From the NCBI GenBank assembly GCA_944388755.1, contig CALXJY010000004.1:563-64562 (forward strand): 64,000 nt of DNA, given 5' to 3'. The notes under the pieces are model-generated. The model saw only the letters and a list, made by a program, of their open reading frames with translations, was not told where the DNA came from and did not search any database. The position numbers and the translations under genes are program-made. Shown here piece by piece: positions 51,860-62,578 of this stretch. The number at the start of each line of letters is the position of its first letter. The first letter of the stretch is position 1. Source of the stretch: an uncultured Clostridia bacterium (GTDB lineage: Bacteria; Bacillota; Clostridia; TANB77; CAG-508).

Positions 51860-52443
51860 GTTTCATTCACCTCATATTCTTGTATAAGAATTCTTTTAAT
51901 ATTTTTTATTTCTTGTTCTGTTAATTCTTCTTGTTTGGGCTGTTTTTCCTCATCTTGCTTGTTTATTTGAACCTTTTTTATTTTTTGTATTTCTTCTACT
52001 AGTTTATTTTCTATTATTTGTTTTTCTTTTTTCTGTTCTTCATTTTTTTGTATTTGTAATGTTATGTTTTTTATTTTACTATCTGAACCAATTTCTAGTT
52101 CTACTTTGCAATAATTTACTAAATACCCTTCTGTTTCCACCTTTTCTATTATATCTTTTTCTAACTCCTCTTCTCCTATTTGTTTTAGCCTCTTATCCAT
52201 TGATTCTTGATTAACAGTTTCACTACTTGCTTCTTGTGTTTGGTTATTTTGCATTATTTCGTTTACATCAAATTTTAAGTTTTTTCCTATTAATGGTGAT
52301 ATTATATTAAACAAAATATATAGCCCCATTATCATTTTTATGTATTTTGTATTTTTATTTTTGGGTAAAATCATTTCAAATATTGAGACTATCATTACTG
52401 CTAATATTATATTTTTTGCCCATGTATTAAATAAATCTATCAT
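51841..52443 (-). CDS. spoIIIAF: stage III sporulation protein AF
   Basis: WAKNIILAVMIVSIFEMILP..YIKMIMGLYILFNIISP, plus operon position. Confidence 0.8.
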   Translation of the reverse strand: MIDLFNTWAKNIILAVMIVSIFEMILPKNKNTKYIKMIMGLYILFNIISPLIGKNLKFDVNEIMQNNQTQEASSETVNQESMDKRLKQIGEEELEKDIIEKVETEGYLVNYCKVELEIGSDSKIKNITLQIQKNEEQKKEKQIIENKLVEEIQKIKKVQINKQDEEKQPKQEELTEQEIKNIKRILIQEYEVNETCLKIN

Positions 52444-52449
52444 ATATAC

Positions 52450-53661
52450 CTACCTATACATCATTCCACTATTAGATATTTTTATTACTAATGTAGTTCC
52501 TATAATAACCATTACAGACATAGAACAAAGTATTGCAAGTAATACTTTAAATATATTTCCAATTTGATCTAATAGTTTTATTATTTTCTCATCTGCAATA
52601 GGTTCACATATTCCTGCTAAAACTTTGTAGCTTATCGTTAATATTGCAATTTTAATTATTGGCATTATACATATTCCTATTATGATTATAACTCCTATAA
52701 CTCCTATTGCATTTTTTAATATAATCCCACATCCGAGTACGCTATCTACAGCATCTCCTAATATTTTACCTACAATTGGTATACTACTACTTACTATTGC
52801 TTTTGTTGTTTTTGCAGTTATTCCATCTACACTGCTTGATAATGTCCCTTCAAGTGATATAATACCTACAAATATTGTGAGTATAACACCTAAAAGCCAT
52901 ACAATCCCTGAATTAAAAAATTTTGCTAATTTATTTATTTGTACTTTATCTCCAATTTGTGATATTATGCTTAATGTTGTTACTATTAAAACTGATGGTA
53001 TCAAAAAATTTTGAATTAAGTTTCCTATTAAATTTACCATAAATAATATTATTGGTTCTAAAACACTGCTTGTTGTTATACTTCCAGTGTATAGCATTAA
53101 AGATATTAATATAGGTATTAATGAATTCATAAAACCAACTAAATTTGTTGCTGTATCTCTTACGATTGCAATTATATCTGAAAAGTTTGTCATTATTATT
53201 GTTACTATTGCTATATATTGAACATAATATATTATCTTAGATAATTCTTTATTTTCTAAGTTTTCGCTTATTGATTTTAAAATACTGTGTATTATTACAA
53301 TTACTAATATGCTTATTAAGCTCTTGATTCCAATTTTTACTTCTTCTCCTAATAAATTAAATATTTTTTGATAAATTGATGTATTATCTATTTCTCCTTT
53401 TATTGTTGAGTTTAACATTTCTTGTAAATCTATTTCTGCAAAAAATTCTCCTGAATATTCTTTAGCATTTTTTATAAAACTATTTATTCCAAACATTTCT
53501 TTTTGTTCTTCAACAATAACTTCGTTTTTATTTTCCTCTGTATTTGCTAACACCTGTGTAGGTAACATATTTATTATTAATAGTATTAACAATAATATTT
53601 TAGGTATTTTTGTTTTCACATTTCTATATCCCCCTCTCACTAAATTATGTCTCAATTGCAT
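52450..53661 (-). CDS. spoIIIAE: stage III sporulation protein AE
   Basis: Signal peptide followed by a polytopic membrane protein of ~400 aa at the fifth operon position. Confidence 0.85.
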   Translation of the reverse strand: MQLRHNLVRGGYRNVKTKIPKILLLILLIINMLPTQVLANTEENKNEVIVEEQKEMFGINSFIKNAKEYSGEFFAEIDLQEMLNSTIKGEIDNTSIYQKIFNLLGEEVKIGIKSLISILVIVIIHSILKSISENLENKELSKIIYYVQYIAIVTIIMTNFSDIIAIVRDTATNLVGFMNSLIPILISLMLYTGSITTSSVLEPIILFMVNLIGNLIQNFLIPSVLIVTTLSIISQIGDKVQINKLAKFFNSGIVWLLGVILTIFVGIISLEGTLSSSVDGITAKTTKAIVSSSIPIVGKILGDAVDSVLGCGIILKNAIGVIGVIIIIGICIMPIIKIAILTISYKVLAGICEPIADEKIIKLLDQIGNIFKVLLAILCSMSVMVIIGTTLVIKISNSGMMYR

Positions 53662-53690
53662 AATATTAATATTTGCTATAATAATCTTGG

Positions 53691-54077
53691 TTATGGTAAT
53701 ATTTTTAGTATTATTTCTAATAAACTTGATATTATTGGTATAGACATTGATATTACTATAACTTTTGTGCCTATTTCTATTTTACTTGCAATTGCTGTTT
53801 CTCCTGAATCCTTGCAAATACTTACTGCAAATTCTGAAAGAAGTGCAATTCCTGTTATTTTTAGTAGGATTTCTATAAATTGATTATTAATATTTGATTT
53901 ATTTGAAATCGATCTTATTAATTCTATTATTCCTGTAAACTTGTCCATTACTAGAAATATTATTAAAATTCCTGTTAATATACTTATATAAATTGCAAAT
54001 TCAGGTTTATATTGTTTTAGTAAGATTATTATTATCAATGCTATTAAAGCTATAGAAGTTATTTTTATTATTTCCAT
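53691..54077 (-). CDS. spoIIIAD: stage III sporulation protein AD
   Basis: 128-aa four-TM protein with ..LLSEFAVSICKDSGETAIASKIE.. Confidence 0.85.
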   Translation of the reverse strand: MEIIKITSIALIALIIIILLKQYKPEFAIYISILTGILIIFLVMDKFTGIIELIRSISNKSNINNQFIEILLKITGIALLSEFAVSICKDSGETAIASKIEIGTKVIVISMSIPIISSLLEIILKILP

Positions 54078-54138
54078 ATCTCACTATCTTCCTTGTCTAA
54101 TATTTTGTTTCATTTTGTAAGTTTTTTTAGAAAAGTAC

Positions 54139-54333
54139 TTATAGGTTAAATAGAGTTCTAACTGTATCAAATAAGCCACTTATTTCTTTAATGACCATGC
54201 TTAACACTATAACTAGCCCTGCAAGTGTTGTCATCATTGCTTGATCTTCTCTTCCTGCTCTTACTAATACTTGATGTAATACAGCAACTAATATTCCTAT
54301 TGCTGCTATTTTAAACAATAAATTTATATCCAT
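54139..54333 (-). CDS. spoIIIAC: stage III sporulation protein AC
   Basis: 64-aa two-TM protein, FKIAAIGILVAVLHQVL..AGREDQA.. Confidence 0.85.
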   Translation of the reverse strand: MDINLLFKIAAIGILVAVLHQVLVRAGREDQAMMTTLAGLVIVLSMVIKEISGLFDTVRTLFNL

Positions 54334-54387
54334 ATTTAATCCAATTCCTTTCTTGACTTACTTGGGAGTAGTCCTTAACAGATATTT

Positions 54388-54911
54388 CTAAATTAATACA
54401 ACTACAATTGCTAACCCTGCTATTGTTCCTAGCTTCTGATATAATTTTTCATTTTTTGTTTTTTCTTCTTGTGCTTGTTTTATCTGTGGCTCTAAAAATT
54501 CCTGTGTTATTTCTATTTGACTAATTTGTCCATCTACATCTGAAATTCCGTAGCATTTTTGACAAATTTTTTATTATTTCTATGTCCTCAGGCTTTAAAT
54601 TTGTTTGGATTGTGTTTAATGTATTTTCCCAAGATTTGCTAGCACTTTGGGTTTGCATATTTTCTTTTGCTTGCATAAATATTTTTGATATATTTTTTTT
54701 ACTCGTATTTTTTCCGTATCTCATCAAAAATTTCTCCTATAGGGGAATATGTAAATTTTATCTTTGTTTTAAATATATTTAAAGCATTATACATTTCTTC
54801 TAATTCTTCTTTTCTGTATCTATATTTTTGAGCAATCATTTTCCCTATTATATTTGATAATATAAATATACATATTAATATTATATATTTTATGAATTGC
54901 ATTTTTATCAC
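54388..54911 (-). CDS. spoIIIAB: stage III sporulation protein AB, interrupted by two +1 breaks at CGG codons (54714-54716 and 54548-54550)
   Basis: Three consecutive frames: ..YSPIGEIFDEI-RKKYE*, then GKNTSKKNISKIF..LKPEDIEIIKNLSKML-RNFRCRWTN*, then GISDVDGQISQIEITQEFLEPQIKQAQEEK..GLAIVVVLI*. Skipping bases 54716 and 54550 gives a 173-aa protein of SpoIIIAB size and layout. Confidence 0.85.
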
Positions 54912-54934
54912 AACTCCTTTAAATGTAGTATTTT

Positions 54935-55795
54935 CTATATGAATATAATTTTTTCTATGTATTTATTTTCTATAAGTTCATTTATATCCTTATTAGCTCT
55001 AATATCTCTCATCTCTGCTCCATGCATTGTAAATATTCCTTTTACACCTGATGTAACTGCATATTTTATAGCTAGTACATCTTCTTTAGTTCCGATTTCA
55101 TCACATGCTATTATTTCAGGTGACATTGATCTAATTAATATTTGCATTCCTTGAGCTTTATTTATATTTTCTATTATATCTGTTCTTATTCCCACATCAT
55201 TTTGTGCTATTCCTTTATACATTGCTGATATTTCTCCTCTTTCGTCTACTACTCCACATGTTTTCCCTCTAAAATTTATTTCAGGTATTCCATTACTTAT
55301 TGTTCTTATAAGATCCCTTAACATTGTGGTTTTTCCTTTTCCTGGTGGTGATACTATTAATGTTGTATATATGTTATCTTTATTTATTACATCTTTTAAT
55401 ATTTTATTACAACATCCTTTTATTTCTCTTGCTATTCTAAAATTTAAACTTGATATGTATTTTATATTTATTATTTTTCCATTTTCTATTACACAGCTTC
55501 CTGTAATACCTACTCTGTGTCCTCCTTTTATTGTTATAAATCCTTGGCATATTTGATTTTTATAAGCATATATTGAGTTTTCACATAATTTTTCTAATGT
55601 GTATAGTATGTCCTTTTCTGTTACATCATATTTTATAACTATATCCAAATTAGGTAATTTTATTATTACAGGTTTATTATTTCTTAGCCTTATTTCTATT
55701 GCATTTTCTTTTATTTTAGTTTGTGGATTTTGCTTTATTGTTTCTGTTATTAATATATATATATTATTTGGTAAATATTTTAATATTTCTTCCAT
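54935..55795 (-). CDS. spoIIIAA: stage III sporulation protein AA (ATPase)
   Basis: Walker A SPPGKGKTTMLRDL, plus ..IACDEIG... First gene of the operon. Confidence 0.88.
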   Translation of the reverse strand: MEEILKYLPNNIYILITETIKQNPQTKIKENAIEIRLRNNKPVIIKLPNLDIVIKYDVTEKDILYTLEKLCENSIYAYKNQICQGFITIKGGHRVGITGSCVIENGKIINIKYISSLNFRIAREIKGCCNKILKDVINKDNIYTTLIVSPPGKGKTTMLRDLIRTISNGIPEINFRGKTCGVVDERGEISAMYKGIAQNDVGIRTDIIENINKAQGMQILIRSMSPEIIACDEIGTKEDVLAIKYAVTSGVKGIFTMHGAEMRDIRANKDINELIENKYIEKIIFI

Positions 55796-55879
55796 ATTTC
55801 TACATCTCTTCCTTTTTATATTTGTAATGAAGCTTATCTGTTAGCAATTCAGAGTAACCTTACTAATAGACTAGAAAAA

Positions 55880-55914
55880 AGCACATAATATATATTTTCT
55901 ATATATTATATGCT
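55880..55914 (-). terminator. AT-rich rho-independent terminator upstream of the spoIIIA operon
   Basis: 15-bp stem agcacataatatata/tatatattatatgct with 1 mismatch, then T5 on the minus strand. Confidence 0.55.
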
Positions 55915-55933
55915 TTGATTTTTATTTTAGAAC

Positions 55934-56176
55934 TTATTTATTATCATCTGACCATATTATTTTTCCATTTTCAGTAACTGTAGCTGTTATAATATTCCCA
56001 TTTTCATCTTCCAAATTAGTAATCATCTCATTTTCTTTTATTTCTGTAATATATTCATTTGCTTCTGTAGATTGTATATTATTTAATATATATTCTATTA
56101 AACTCTCATTAGTACCTTCTTCTCCATTTTGGTATTTATTTGCATAATAATTTGTCAAACATTTATTATACTCCAA
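55934..56176 (-). CDS. hypothetical 80-aa ORF with a TTG start; possibly the displaced C-terminus of the upstream 586-aa ORF
   Basis: Its frame stays open upstream into an A8 tract at the end of the preceding gene. Confidence 0.3.
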   Translation of the reverse strand: MEYNKCLTNYYANKYQNGEEGTNESLIEYILNNIQSTEANEYITEIKENEMITNLEDENGNIITATVTENGKIIWSDDNK

Positions 56177-56225
56177 TATTATAGTTTCTTTTCCACTTGC
56201 GGTTCTATTCTTTCTTGTTTCATCT

Positions 56226-57947
56226 TCATTTACTTTTTTTTATTTCTTCCCCAAAATTCACCATATCTGTTGTATTATTCTCACCATCATACAAATATAT
56301 TTCGTCAACTTTCCCATTATTTCCATAATGTAGAACTACATTATATATTTTACTATTTTCTATTGGATTTGTGGTAGGTGATAAAGAATTATTTAATAGT
56401 ATTTGCATTGTCTTTTCGTCTTCATACATTGCATTATTTGAATTTATCTCTTGTATCAAAGATTTTACCATTGTTCCTTTTATATTTCCTTGATATTTTG
56501 TAAACTTGGCGTTAAATGATTGTATTACTGTTTCACTCATGTTATTTTCTTGCATTGTATCTTGTATTGTATCTTGTGCTGTACCTACTATCATCATGTT
56601 TAGAGTTCCTAATGGTGTCATCATTAGAATTGGAGAATATTGGATACCTAATTCTTGCATCTGATCTGCATTTACTTCTACTATTCTGTTTACTACTGCT
56701 GTCAATAAACTTGTTATTTGTTCTGATGAATAATCATTTAAAATCATAGCATTATCAGATGTTAAGTTATCTATTTGGATATTATCTGTAAATGAAATTT
56801 GGTTTTCAAAGTTGTATTCATATTTAACAGTTTCTTCACCTTCTGTACCAAAAATTACAGTGTATTTCTCTGATACATTATCTGTTGATATTCCAGTGTA
56901 TTGTGCTTTTATGCTTAGTATTGTAGTTTGCGCAGTTCCACTTGAATTATTACTATTTACATTAATATCTAAAGAATATATTGCTTCATCATTATTGTTT
57001 TGTTTGTTTATTGTTATTACAGTTGTTTCTGATTCTATATTTATAGATATTGGCACATTTTTTTGAGTGTTTATTGATATTGTTATATTTTGTTCTTCTA
57101 TTTCTTGTTCTTGTATGCTTTGAATAATTTCTTCTATTTTTTCTTTTTCTATATATGTGTCATATCCTTCTAATATGGTATTTATTTTATTTAGTGTTAT
57201 TTCATCATCTTTAAGAATTTCTAAAAATTTTACTAATGTATCTTTTAGTTCTAATGATGTAGTATTTAAAATATATTTTGTGTTATTATCTGTTTTTTCA
57301 ACTGTTATTTTTTCATCTGTTATTACATCTAATAGAGGCATATATTTTTCTTGTAAAGATTTTGTTTCTTCTTCTGTATAACTTATATTTTGATTCTGAT
57401 TTGTTATCTCTATTTTATTTGGTAATTCATCTACATTTGTTAATCCAAATTTTTCTGCTAATTCTTTTAAATTATTATTTTCAACAGCTATATATTTATT
57501 TGAAATGTAATCATTTTGTAGACCATACAAGTCATTATCTCTTAAATAATTTATTGGGAAAACAACATCGTCTGAATACTGTATTTCTATATTTTGCTCA
57601 GCTTGTTTTTGACTAGGGTTTGTGCTTCCATTAAATATTATATTCATGTTATTTACTGAATCTGTATAATCTTGATATTCTTCAGATGACATTTCTATAT
57701 TTGTTTTAAATGATCCATTATTTGTATGTGTGCTTGTTGCTTTTTTATTAAAGTATTCTGTTAATCTATTTTCAGTCTGTCCACTTTGAGCAAAAAATGT
57801 CACAAAGTTTTTAGTATATAATTCTTTTTTAGTTTTAAATGTATCTGTAAAAAAGTATAAAATTGAAAATGCTATTCCAATTAAGATGATTAAAAATATA
57901 ATTACAATTGAAATAATTTTTATTTTTTTATTTGATTCATTTTTCAT
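56226..57947 (-). CDS. hypothetical membrane-anchored extracytoplasmic protein
   Basis: N-terminal TM helix (IISIVIIFLIILIGIAFSILYFF), then ~540 aa rich in N, T, E and I. No family recognised. Start moved to MKNESNKK to avoid overlapping yebC. Confidence 0.5.
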   Translation of the reverse strand: MKNESNKKIKIISIVIIFLIILIGIAFSILYFFTDTFKTKKELYTKNFVTFFAQSGQTENRLTEYFNKKATSTHTNNGSFKTNIEMSSEEYQDYTDSVNNMNIIFNGSTNPSQKQAEQNIEIQYSDDVVFPINYLRDNDLYGLQNDYISNKYIAVENNNLKELAEKFGLTNVDELPNKIEITNQNQNISYTEEETKSLQEKYMPLLDVITDEKITVEKTDNNTKYILNTTSLELKDTLVKFLEILKDDEITLNKINTILEGYDTYIEKEKIEEIIQSIQEQEIEEQNITISINTQKNVPISINIESETTVITINKQNNNDEAIYSLDINVNSNNSSGTAQTTILSIKAQYTGISTDNVSEKYTVIFGTEGEETVKYEYNFENQISFTDNIQIDNLTSDNAMILNDYSSEQITSLLTAVVNRIVEVNADQMQELGIQYSPILMMTPLGTLNMMIVGTAQDTIQDTMQENNMSETVIQSFNAKFTKYQGNIKGTMVKSLIQEINSNNAMYEDEKTMQILLNNSLSPTTNPIENSKIYNVVLHYGNNGKVDEIYLYDGENNTTDMVNFGEEIKKSK

Positions 57948-57951
57948 TTGC

Positions 57952-58678
57952 TTATTCCTCCCAATTATGGTATACATTTGATACATCGTCTAATTCGTCA
58001 AGTCTTTCTAATAACCTTGTCATTTTCTCTATTCCTTTTTCGTCTAATTTTACTGTAGTTGTTGGAACCATTTGTACAGATGCTTCTATAAATTCTAATC
58101 CTTCTGCTTCTAATTTTTCTCTTACTGTTGAAAATTCTGAAGGTTCTGTTGTAATTTCATATACTTCATCTTCTGATACAAAGTCTTCTGCTCCTGCTTC
58201 TAGTGCAAGCATCATTAATTCATCTTCTTCTATAGAGCATGATTCTTTTGCGATTATTATTACTCCTTTTTTGTTAAACATATATGATACACAACCAGTT
58301 GTTCCTAAGTTTCCTCCTGCTTTATCAAATACATGTCTTACATCTGCTGCTGTTCTATTTTTATTATCTGTTGCTGCTTCTACTATTACTGCTACACCAT
58401 TAGGGCCATATCCTTCATATACTATTTCTTCATAATTTTCTGAGCTTCCAGCTCCTGAAGCTTTTTTTATTGCATTATTTATTGTGTCATTTGGCATATT
58501 TGCTGCTTTACATTTTGCTATTACATCTTTTAATTTTGAGTTTCCTGCTGGATCAGGTCCTCCTTGTTTTACTGCTATTAATAATTCTCTTCCTAATTTT
58601 GTGAATATTTTTCCTCTTGCTGCATCAGTTTTTCCTTTTTTGGCTTGTATGTTAGCCCATTTTGAATGTCCGAGACAT
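57952..58678 (-). CDS. yebC: YebC/PmpR-family DNA-binding transcriptional regulator, interrupted by a +1 break at CGG (codon 3, 58670-58672)
   Basis: After an AAGGGGG RBS the sequence reads ATG TCT CGG ACA.. = MSRTFKMG*. Skipping base 58672 gives [73 protein letters not shown].., which joins the track ORF at 57952-58497. Confidence 0.9.
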
Positions 58679-58829
58679 GACTATTTCCCCCTTTTGATTG
58701 TTTTTTATTATTTTTATCAAATTTAAAAATTTGTTTATCTTAAGATATTTTATCATATTTTTTTAGCTTTGTGTAGAGTTTTTATATATTCTTTTGCTAG
58801 TTAAGAATTTGTATATTTGTTAATATATT

Positions 58830-60212
58830 CTAAAATGCTAATTTATTTCTAATCCATTCATTAATTTTGCTAATTTCAACTCTTTCTTGTTCCATAGAAT
58901 CTCTATCTCTAATTGTTACTTTATTGTCTTCTAATGTCTCAAAATCTATTGTTATGCAATATGGTGTACCAATTTCATCTTGTCTTCTATATCTTTTTCC
59001 TATAGAACCACTTTCATCATAATCACACATAAATTCTTTTGATATTTGATTATGTATTTCATTTGCTTTTTCTGATAATTTTTTTGATAATGGTAGAACT
59101 GCTACTTTATATGGTGCTAATGCTGGGTGTATATGCATTACAATTCTTGTGTCATTTTCTTCTATTTTTTCTTCTTCGTATGCATTACATAATACTGCAA
59201 GTGCCATTCTATCAGCTCCTAATGATGGTTCTATAACATATGGTATATATTTTTCATTTGTTTCTAAATTCTGATATGTTAGATCCTGTTTTGAATGTTC
59301 CATATGTTTAGATAAATCATAGTCTGTTCTATCTGCAATTCCCCATAATTCTCCCCAACCAAATGGATATTTAAATTCGATGTCTGTTGTTGCTTTACTA
59401 TAAAATACTAATTCTTCTTTTTTGTGATCTCTTAATCTAATATTTTCTTCTTTTATTCCTAAATTTAGCAAAAAGTTTTTACAGAAATTTCTCCAATATT
59501 CAAACCATTCTAAATCTGTTCCAGGTTTACAGAAAAATTCTAATTCCATTTGTTCAAATTCTCTTGTTCTAAATATAAAGTTTCCTGGTGTTATTTCATT
59601 TCTAAATGCTTTTCCTATCTGTGCAATTCCCATAGGGATTTTTTTTCTGCTTGTTCTTAGTACATTTTTGAAATTAACAAATATTCCTTGTGCGGTTTCT
59701 GGTCTTAAAAATATTTCTGATTTTGTATCTTCTGTTACACCTTGAAAAGTTTTGAACATTAAGTTGAATTTTCTAATATCTGTAAAATTGTTTTTTCCAC
59801 AATTTGGGCATGGTATATTATTTTCTTTTATAAAGTTTATTAATTCTTCATTTGTCATACCATCTGCTATCATGTCTTTTCCTTTTTTGTGACTCCATTC
59901 TTCAATTAACTTATCTGCTCTATGTCTTGTTTTACATTCTTTACAGTCTATTAGTGGATCTGAAAAGCCACTTACATGTCCTGAAGCTACCCAAGTTTCA
60001 GGATTCATTAATATTGCCGCATCTAATCCTACATTGTATTTACTTTCTTGGATAAATTTTTTTCTCCATGCAGATTTTATATTATTTTTTAATTCTGTTC
60101 CTAAAGGTCCATAGTCCCATGTATTTGCGAGTCCTCCATAGATTTCTGATCCTGGATATATATATCCTCTGTTTTTACATAGGTTTACTATTTTTTCCAT
60201 TGAATCTAGCAT
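58830..60212 (-). CDS. glyQS: glycine--tRNA ligase (alpha2 type)
   Basis: ..[48 protein letters not shown].. Confidence 0.95.
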   Translation of the reverse strand: MLDSMEKIVNLCKNRGYIYPGSEIYGGLANTWDYGPLGTELKNNIKSAWRKKFIQESKYNVGLDAAILMNPETWVASGHVSGFSDPLIDCKECKTRHRADKLIEEWSHKKGKDMIADGMTNEELINFIKENNIPCPNCGKNNFTDIRKFNLMFKTFQGVTEDTKSEIFLRPETAQGIFVNFKNVLRTSRKKIPMGIAQIGKAFRNEITPGNFIFRTREFEQMELEFFCKPGTDLEWFEYWRNFCKNFLLNLGIKEENIRLRDHKKEELVFYSKATTDIEFKYPFGWGELWGIADRTDYDLSKHMEHSKQDLTYQNLETNEKYIPYVIEPSLGADRMALAVLCNAYEEEKIEENDTRIVMHIHPALAPYKVAVLPLSKKLSEKANEIHNQISKEFMCDYDESGSIGKRYRRQDEIGTPYCITIDFETLEDNKVTIRDRDSMEQERVEISKINEWIRNKLAF

Positions 60213-60282
60213 TTTATATCATCCTTTCTCGTACTTTATTTTTACTAGCTCTTCCTTAATTATTTTACTATATAAATTTAAA

Positions 60283-60305
60283 AATAGCAAGAATTTCTTG
60301 CTATT
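60283..60305 (-). terminator. rho-independent terminator after pfkA
   Basis: Stem agcaaga/tcttgct followed by T5 on the minus strand. Confidence 0.55.
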
Positions 60306-60400
60306 TTGTCTATTAGAAAGAACAAATCAGAAAGCCTTATATTTTGTAATAATTTAGCTTTTTCCTTTGACTTCCATAATAGAAATAATATATTTTTAAA

Positions 60401-61546
60401 CTAATCTCCTAAGTTAATTCCTACGCTTCTTGCTGTTTTTACTAAATCATTATCCATTGTTATTTTTCTTATATTGCTTTCTTTTGTATTTCCTGATACT
60501 GCTCCTATTTTCTTATTGTTTCCTACAACTTCTTCTAAGCTTACATCATCTAATTTTCCATTTTTTATAACTGCTAATCTTCCAAATTTTCCTTCTAATG
60601 CTAATTGCATAGCTTTTGCTCCATATTTAGTTGATAATACTCTATCAAAAGCTGTTGGTGTTCCTCCTCTTTGCATATATCCTAATGTTGTTTCCCTTGC
60701 CTCTAATCCTGTTATTTTTTCTAGTTGTCTAGCAACTATTTTTCCTATTCCTCCAAGTTTTGTATTATCTACACCTATTCCATTATCACGTGTTCCTTCA
60801 ATAACCATTTCCCCTCCTTTTGGTTTAGCTCCTTCTGACACTACAACTACACTAAAATTTTTTCCTCTCTTTTGTCTGTTTTTTATTTTAGATGCTACTT
60901 TTTCTATATCATATGGTATCTCAGGTATTAGCGCAACATCTGCTCCTCCTGCAATTGCTGATTCTAGTGCTATCCAACCTGCATACCTTCCCATAACTTC
61001 TAAAACCATTATTCTGTGATGTGTTTCACCTGTTGTGTGTAGCCTGTCTAATGCTTCCATAGCTACTGAAACAGCTGTGTTATATCCAAATGTAATTTCT
61101 GTACATGCTACATCATTATCTATTGTTTTTGGTACACCTATTACATTTATTCCTTTTACTGAAAAATCTCTTGCAGATTTTTGTGTTGCATCTCCTCCTA
61201 ATGTGAAAATGCAATCAAATCCATTATTTTTTATATTTTCCACACATATATCTGATAAATCTTTGTATTCTACTTCTCCTTCTTCATTTATAACTTTGTA
61301 ATTAAATACATTTGCATTTGTTGATGAGCCAATTATTGATCCTCCTTTTGGCAAAATTCCTTCTGCTGTTCCATCTTCTGCTGTACTTAATTTTATATAA
61401 TTATTTTTTAATAGACCATTATAACCATCTATAAATCCATATGCTTCGACCCCACTATTTTCTGCTGTTTTTACTATTCCTCTTATAACTGCATTAAATC
61501 CTGCTACATCTCCACCATTTGCTAATATTGCTATTTTTTTTAACAT
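60401..61546 (-). CDS. pfkA: 6-phosphofructokinase (PfkA family; phosphoryl donor not assignable from sequence)
   Basis: IAILANGGDVAGFNAVIRG..LGGDATQKSA..GVPKTIDNDV..MGRYAGW. Residue 104 is Ala and 124 is Lys in E. coli numbering, a mixed ATP/PPi signature. Confidence 0.8.
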   Translation of the reverse strand: MLKKIAILANGGDVAGFNAVIRGIVKTAENSGVEAYGFIDGYNGLLKNNYIKLSTAEDGTAEGILPKGGSIIGSSTNANVFNYKVINEEGEVEYKDLSDICVENIKNNGFDCIFTLGGDATQKSARDFSVKGINVIGVPKTIDNDVACTEITFGYNTAVSVAMEALDRLHTTGETHHRIMVLEVMGRYAGWIALESAIAGGADVALIPEIPYDIEKVASKIKNRQKRGKNFSVVVVSEGAKPKGGEMVIEGTRDNGIGVDNTKLGGIGKIVARQLEKITGLEARETTLGYMQRGGTPTAFDRVLSTKYGAKAMQLALEGKFGRLAVIKNGKLDDVSLEEVVGNNKKIGAVSGNTKESNIRKITMDNDLVKTARSVGINLGD

Positions 61547-61720
61547 TTGTATCCCTTCCTTTTCTTTTTTATTTTGCTTTACATTTATATTATACCAATA
61601 TTAGAAAAAAATACAATGATTTTTTTAAATTAGTCAATTTTTTCTTGCTTTTTTAGATTAATCATTATAAAATACATTTGCCTTAAAGATTTGTAATTAT
61701 ATTTAAAGGGTTGATAAGAA

Positions 61721-62575
61721 ATGAATATAGAATATATAGTAAAAAATATTCCTTTTGAAAATTATACAATTAACGATATTTTATTAAATGATTTAAATTT
61801 TTCTAAAAGGTTACTTAAATTTTTAGTAAATAATAGATTGATATTATGTAATAATTCTATTTGTAATACAAATACATATGTTAAAATAAATGATGTTATT
61901 ACAGTTTTTTTGGATTATGAAGAAGATAATTCAAATATTCTTCCTATAAACATGGGTTTAGATATTATTTATCAAGATGACTGGATGCTTATTATTAATA
62001 AGCCTTCAGGAATTGCAGTTCATCCATCTATTCTTCATTATTCAGATTCTCTTTCAAATGGTGTTAGATATTATTTTGATAGTATAAATTTAAAAAAGAA
62101 AATTCGCCCTGTAAATAGATTAGATTTTAATACTTCTGGGCTTGTAATATTTGCTAAATGTTCATATATTCATGATATGCTTTCTTTGCAAATGCAAAAT
62201 GGTAATTTTAAAAAAACTTATTTAGCATTAATTCATGGTAAACTTGAATCTAAAAAAGGAATTATTGATCTTCCAATTGCAAGAAAGAGTGGAAGTATTA
62301 TCGAAAGATGTATTGACTTTGAAAACGGTAAAAAGTCTATCACAGAATATGAAGTTATAAAGTATATTAAGGAAGATAAAAATAGCTTAGTAAAATGTAA
62401 TTTGTTGACTGGTAGGACACATCAGATTAGAGTTCATTTTTCTTATATAGGCCATCCTTTAGTTGGTGATACTTTATATGGTATTGATGATGGTTTTAAT
62501 GGTCAAAAACTTGATTGCTGTTTATTAGAATTTATCCATCCTATTACCAAAAAAGTATTAAAAATATCACATTAA
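61721..62575 (+). CDS. RluA-family pseudouridine synthase (RluD-like)
   Basis: ..NKPSGIAVHPS..RPVNRLDFNTSGLVIFAK..TGRTHQIRVHFSYIGHPLVGDTLYG. Confidence 0.85.
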   Translation: MNIEYIVKNIPFENYTINDILLNDLNFSKRLLKFLVNNRLILCNNSICNTNTYVKINDVITVFLDYEEDNSNILPINMGLDIIYQDDWMLIINKPSGIAVHPSILHYSDSLSNGVRYYFDSINLKKKIRPVNRLDFNTSGLVIFAKCSYIHDMLSLQMQNGNFKKTYLALIHGKLESKKGIIDLPIARKSGSIIERCIDFENGKKSITEYEVIKYIKEDKNSLVKCNLLTGRTHQIRVHFSYIGHPLVGDTLYGIDDGFNGQKLDCCLLEFIHPITKKVLKISH

Positions 62576-62578
62576 AAA

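Noticed and set aside
60213-60400. Expected a glycine T-box leader upstream of glyQS
   Set aside because: No T-box sequence (..GGTGGTACCGCG-like) or specifier-loop architecture is visible. The only structure is the pfkA terminator hairpin.
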